Under the pieces are notes generated by a model. It saw only the letters and a list, made by a program, of their open reading frames with translations. It made no database searches and was not told the origin of the DNA. 64,000 bases of DNA from Bacilli bacterium (GTDB lineage Bacteria > Bacillota_I > Bacilli_A > RFN20 > CAG-826): contig JAKVOO010000001.1 in assembly GCA_022482735.1 (NCBI GenBank), forward strand, positions 838,837 through 902,836, in the 5' to 3' direction. The translations under genes were made by a program, and so were the position numbers. Of this stretch, positions 62,274-64,000 are shown one piece after another; positions within the stretch are counted from its first letter, which is position 1; each line of letters begins with the position of its first letter.

Positions 62274-62699
62274 TTATTCCAAATTAGCCTTAATCTTATC
62301 GATAGTAGCGAAGAAACTATTCATTTCTTCATCGCTAATTCCCTTGCGCATACTGCCTTCAATCCCGTGAAGAATCTTTTCAATTAATAGATGCTTATCC
62401 CGTGCCTTCTGTGTGAGGACAATCTGCTTTTGGCGGGCATCATTTTTTGAAGGTATGCGTTCAATCATTCCATTACTCTCCATCAAAGCCAACATTCGAG
62501 AAATAGTTGAACGCCGCATCGAGAATTTTTTTTCAAAATCCCGTTGGTATACTTCTTGGTCATGATTACTTGCAATATAGTGAATAATCAATCCATGAAC
62601 TCCCGTTGTTTTATGAAAGTCTATAGCGGCTTCACTAGCGACTCTCCTTTTAACCAGATTGCCAATATTTCGCATTTCTAATCCAATTGATCGTTCCAT
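62274..62699 (-). CDS. MarR-family transcriptional regulator.
   Basis: wHTH 'RRSTISRMLALMESNGMIERIPS'. 141 aa. First gene of the exporter operon. Confidence 0.85.
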   Translation of the reverse strand: MERSIGLEMRNIGNLVKRRVASEAAIDFHKTTGVHGLIIHYIASNHDQEVYQRDFEKKFSMRRSTISRMLALMESNGMIERIPSKNDARQKQIVLTQKARDKHLLIEKILHGIEGSMRKGISDEEMNSFFATIDKIKANLE

Positions 62700-62717
62700 A
62701 ATTTGCCTCCTAATTTT

Positions 62718-62731
62718 GTTAGCATGCTAAC
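62718..62731. promoter_or_regulatory. Perfect 14-bp palindrome GTTAGCATGCTAAC immediately upstream of the marR-family gene RBS; candidate MarR operator.
   Basis: Self-complementary 14-mer, 19 to 32 bp upstream of the ATG at 62699. Confidence 0.45.
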
Positions 62732-62849
62732 GTTTTATCACTATCGATAATTAATGTCAATTAAAATAAAGCGCTATCTTAATAAATAACAAAAAAGCTC
62801 TTTTATAAAGGATGGCAAAAAACAATTGATAGAGTAAAATAACCCTGTT

Positions 62850-63545
62850 ATGGAAAATGTAATTAATAGTCGCCGGCAAATATCAGAATCATTAATTGTT
62901 GCCGTTTTCTTAACCCTTTCAGGAGGGTTTATGGATGCCTATTCATATCTTGTCCGCGACCATGTCTTTGCCAATGCTCAAACGGGAAATCTTCTTTTGC
63001 TCGGAATTAATTTATCAACTGGAAATTTCTCGGTCGCGACTCATTACTTATTTCCCATACTGGCTTTTGCCCTTGGTATTGCATTGTCTGAGGTAATTCG
63101 CCACTCATTTAAAAATAAGGTCCACTTTCATTGGCGGCAGATGACCCTTTTAATCGAAATTGTGATTCTTATTGGAGTTGCATTTATTCCTAAAAGTGAA
63201 AATTTGATTGCTAATAGTTTGATTTCTTTTGCCTGTGGCGAACAGGTGGAAAGTTTTCGCAAAGTCAATGGAACCGGCATTGCCACCACTATGTGCATCG
63301 GCAATTTACGAAGTGCCACTCAATCTTTTTGCGATTACAGTTTTACCAAAAGCAAAAAATCATTAAACGAGGGCTTTATTTATTTTCTTATTGTTCTTAT
63401 TTTCGTTATTGGAGCAGTCATCGCTTATTACTTTATTCAATGGCTCGATGTAAAAGCTATTATGATAAGTTCTATTCCGTTAATTATTAGTTTTATTCTT
63501 CTTTTTGATTATCGAAAACTCCCCACAAATTCTTCCAAAATATAA
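62850..63545 (+). CDS. YoaK/DUF1275-family membrane protein.
   Basis: Polytopic protein with N-terminus 'LTLSGGFMDAYSYLVRDHVFANAQTGNLLLLG', typical of UPF0700/YoaK. Confidence 0.7.
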   Translation: MENVINSRRQISESLIVAVFLTLSGGFMDAYSYLVRDHVFANAQTGNLLLLGINLSTGNFSVATHYLFPILAFALGIALSEVIRHSFKNKVHFHWRQMTLLIEIVILIGVAFIPKSENLIANSLISFACGEQVESFRKVNGTGIATTMCIGNLRSATQSFCDYSFTKSKKSLNEGFIYFLIVLIFVIGAVIAYYFIQWLDVKAIMISSIPLIISFILLFDYRKLPTNSSKI

Positions 63546-63570
63546 TAAAAGAGCGGCCAGGCCGCTCCTA

Positions 63571-63969
63571 TCACGACAAATTCATTTTAATCATCGGCAT
63601 ATAATCTACCGGACGGAAACCCTTATGCATATAAACTGCTTTTGCCTGCTTATTATCCATATTTACAAGAAGAGAAATTGCTCGATGATGAGGAAATTGT
63701 TTTTCCACAAATTCAATCATTTTACTGGCAATACCCCGCCTTTGATATTCCGGTTTAATATATAGTTCATCAATAGTAATCATCTCTCCTCCCAGCTCAT
63801 TTGAGTAAGAGAAAGTCAAAAGCATATAACTAGCCACCTTACCATTTATTTCGTAGACGTAGCCTTCCAATAACGGATTGCTCGCAATTAATTGAACAAA
63901 TGTCGATTCTAAATGCTTGGGATCCTTTGGCTCGATAAGGGCTTTTGACGTATAAAAACTTTTTGACAT
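63571..63969 (-). CDS. GNAT-family N-acetyltransferase.
   Basis: 'IKPEYQRRGIASKMIEFVEKQ' acetyl-CoA motif. 132 aa. Confidence 0.8.
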   Translation of the reverse strand: MSKSFYTSKALIEPKDPKHLESTFVQLIASNPLLEGYVYEINGKVASYMLLTFSYSNELGGEMITIDELYIKPEYQRRGIASKMIEFVEKQFPHHRAISLLVNMDNKQAKAVYMHKGFRPVDYMPMIKMNLS

Positions 63970-64000
63970 CGCAAAGTAATCATTGCGATCTTTCTTTAAA

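Overview
This window is from a low-GC Firmicutes/Mollicutes-like genome using the standard genetic code (TGA terminates well-conserved ORFs). Almost every secreted protein has a lipoprotein signal peptide with a Cys lipobox. About 42 kb of the window is three parallel xylan/arabinoxylan utilization loci. Each has a CUT1-type sugar ABC transporter (lipoprotein binding protein plus two permeases) and surface-anchored glycoside hydrolases: GH43 (two copies), GH2 (two copies), GH10 and GH51. Each also has an SGNH esterase or CBM-rich binding lipoproteins and its own regulator: one LacI and two paralogous ArsR-HTH regulators with a novel C-terminal domain. Two repeat families occur many times. One is a ~110-aa LamG/DUF1080-like module with an 'FGL..FWE..SYYFFFINV' motif. 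The other is an undescribed ~125-aa module in two large surface proteins between the GH51 and GH10 genes. The rest of the window carries feoA-feoA-feoB plus a small Cys-rich membrane protein, divergent from a DtxR-family regulator, with iron-box-like palindromes between them. It also carries a TnaA/tyrosine phenol-lyase-family lyase preceded by a complete T-box leader whose specifier reads as tyrosine. Further genes are a MarR regulator with a heterodimeric ABC exporter, two c-di-GMP genes, exonuclease III, and DUF124, DUF1508, RCC1-repeat, GNAT, SDR, Gfo/Idh and YoaK proteins. About 20 single-nucleotide frameshifts interrupt at least 14 otherwise intact genes; the five junctions I resolved to the base sit at or beside short homopolymer runs. 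This looks more like an indel-prone assembly than gene decay. I found no rRNA, tRNA, CRISPR array or mobile element.
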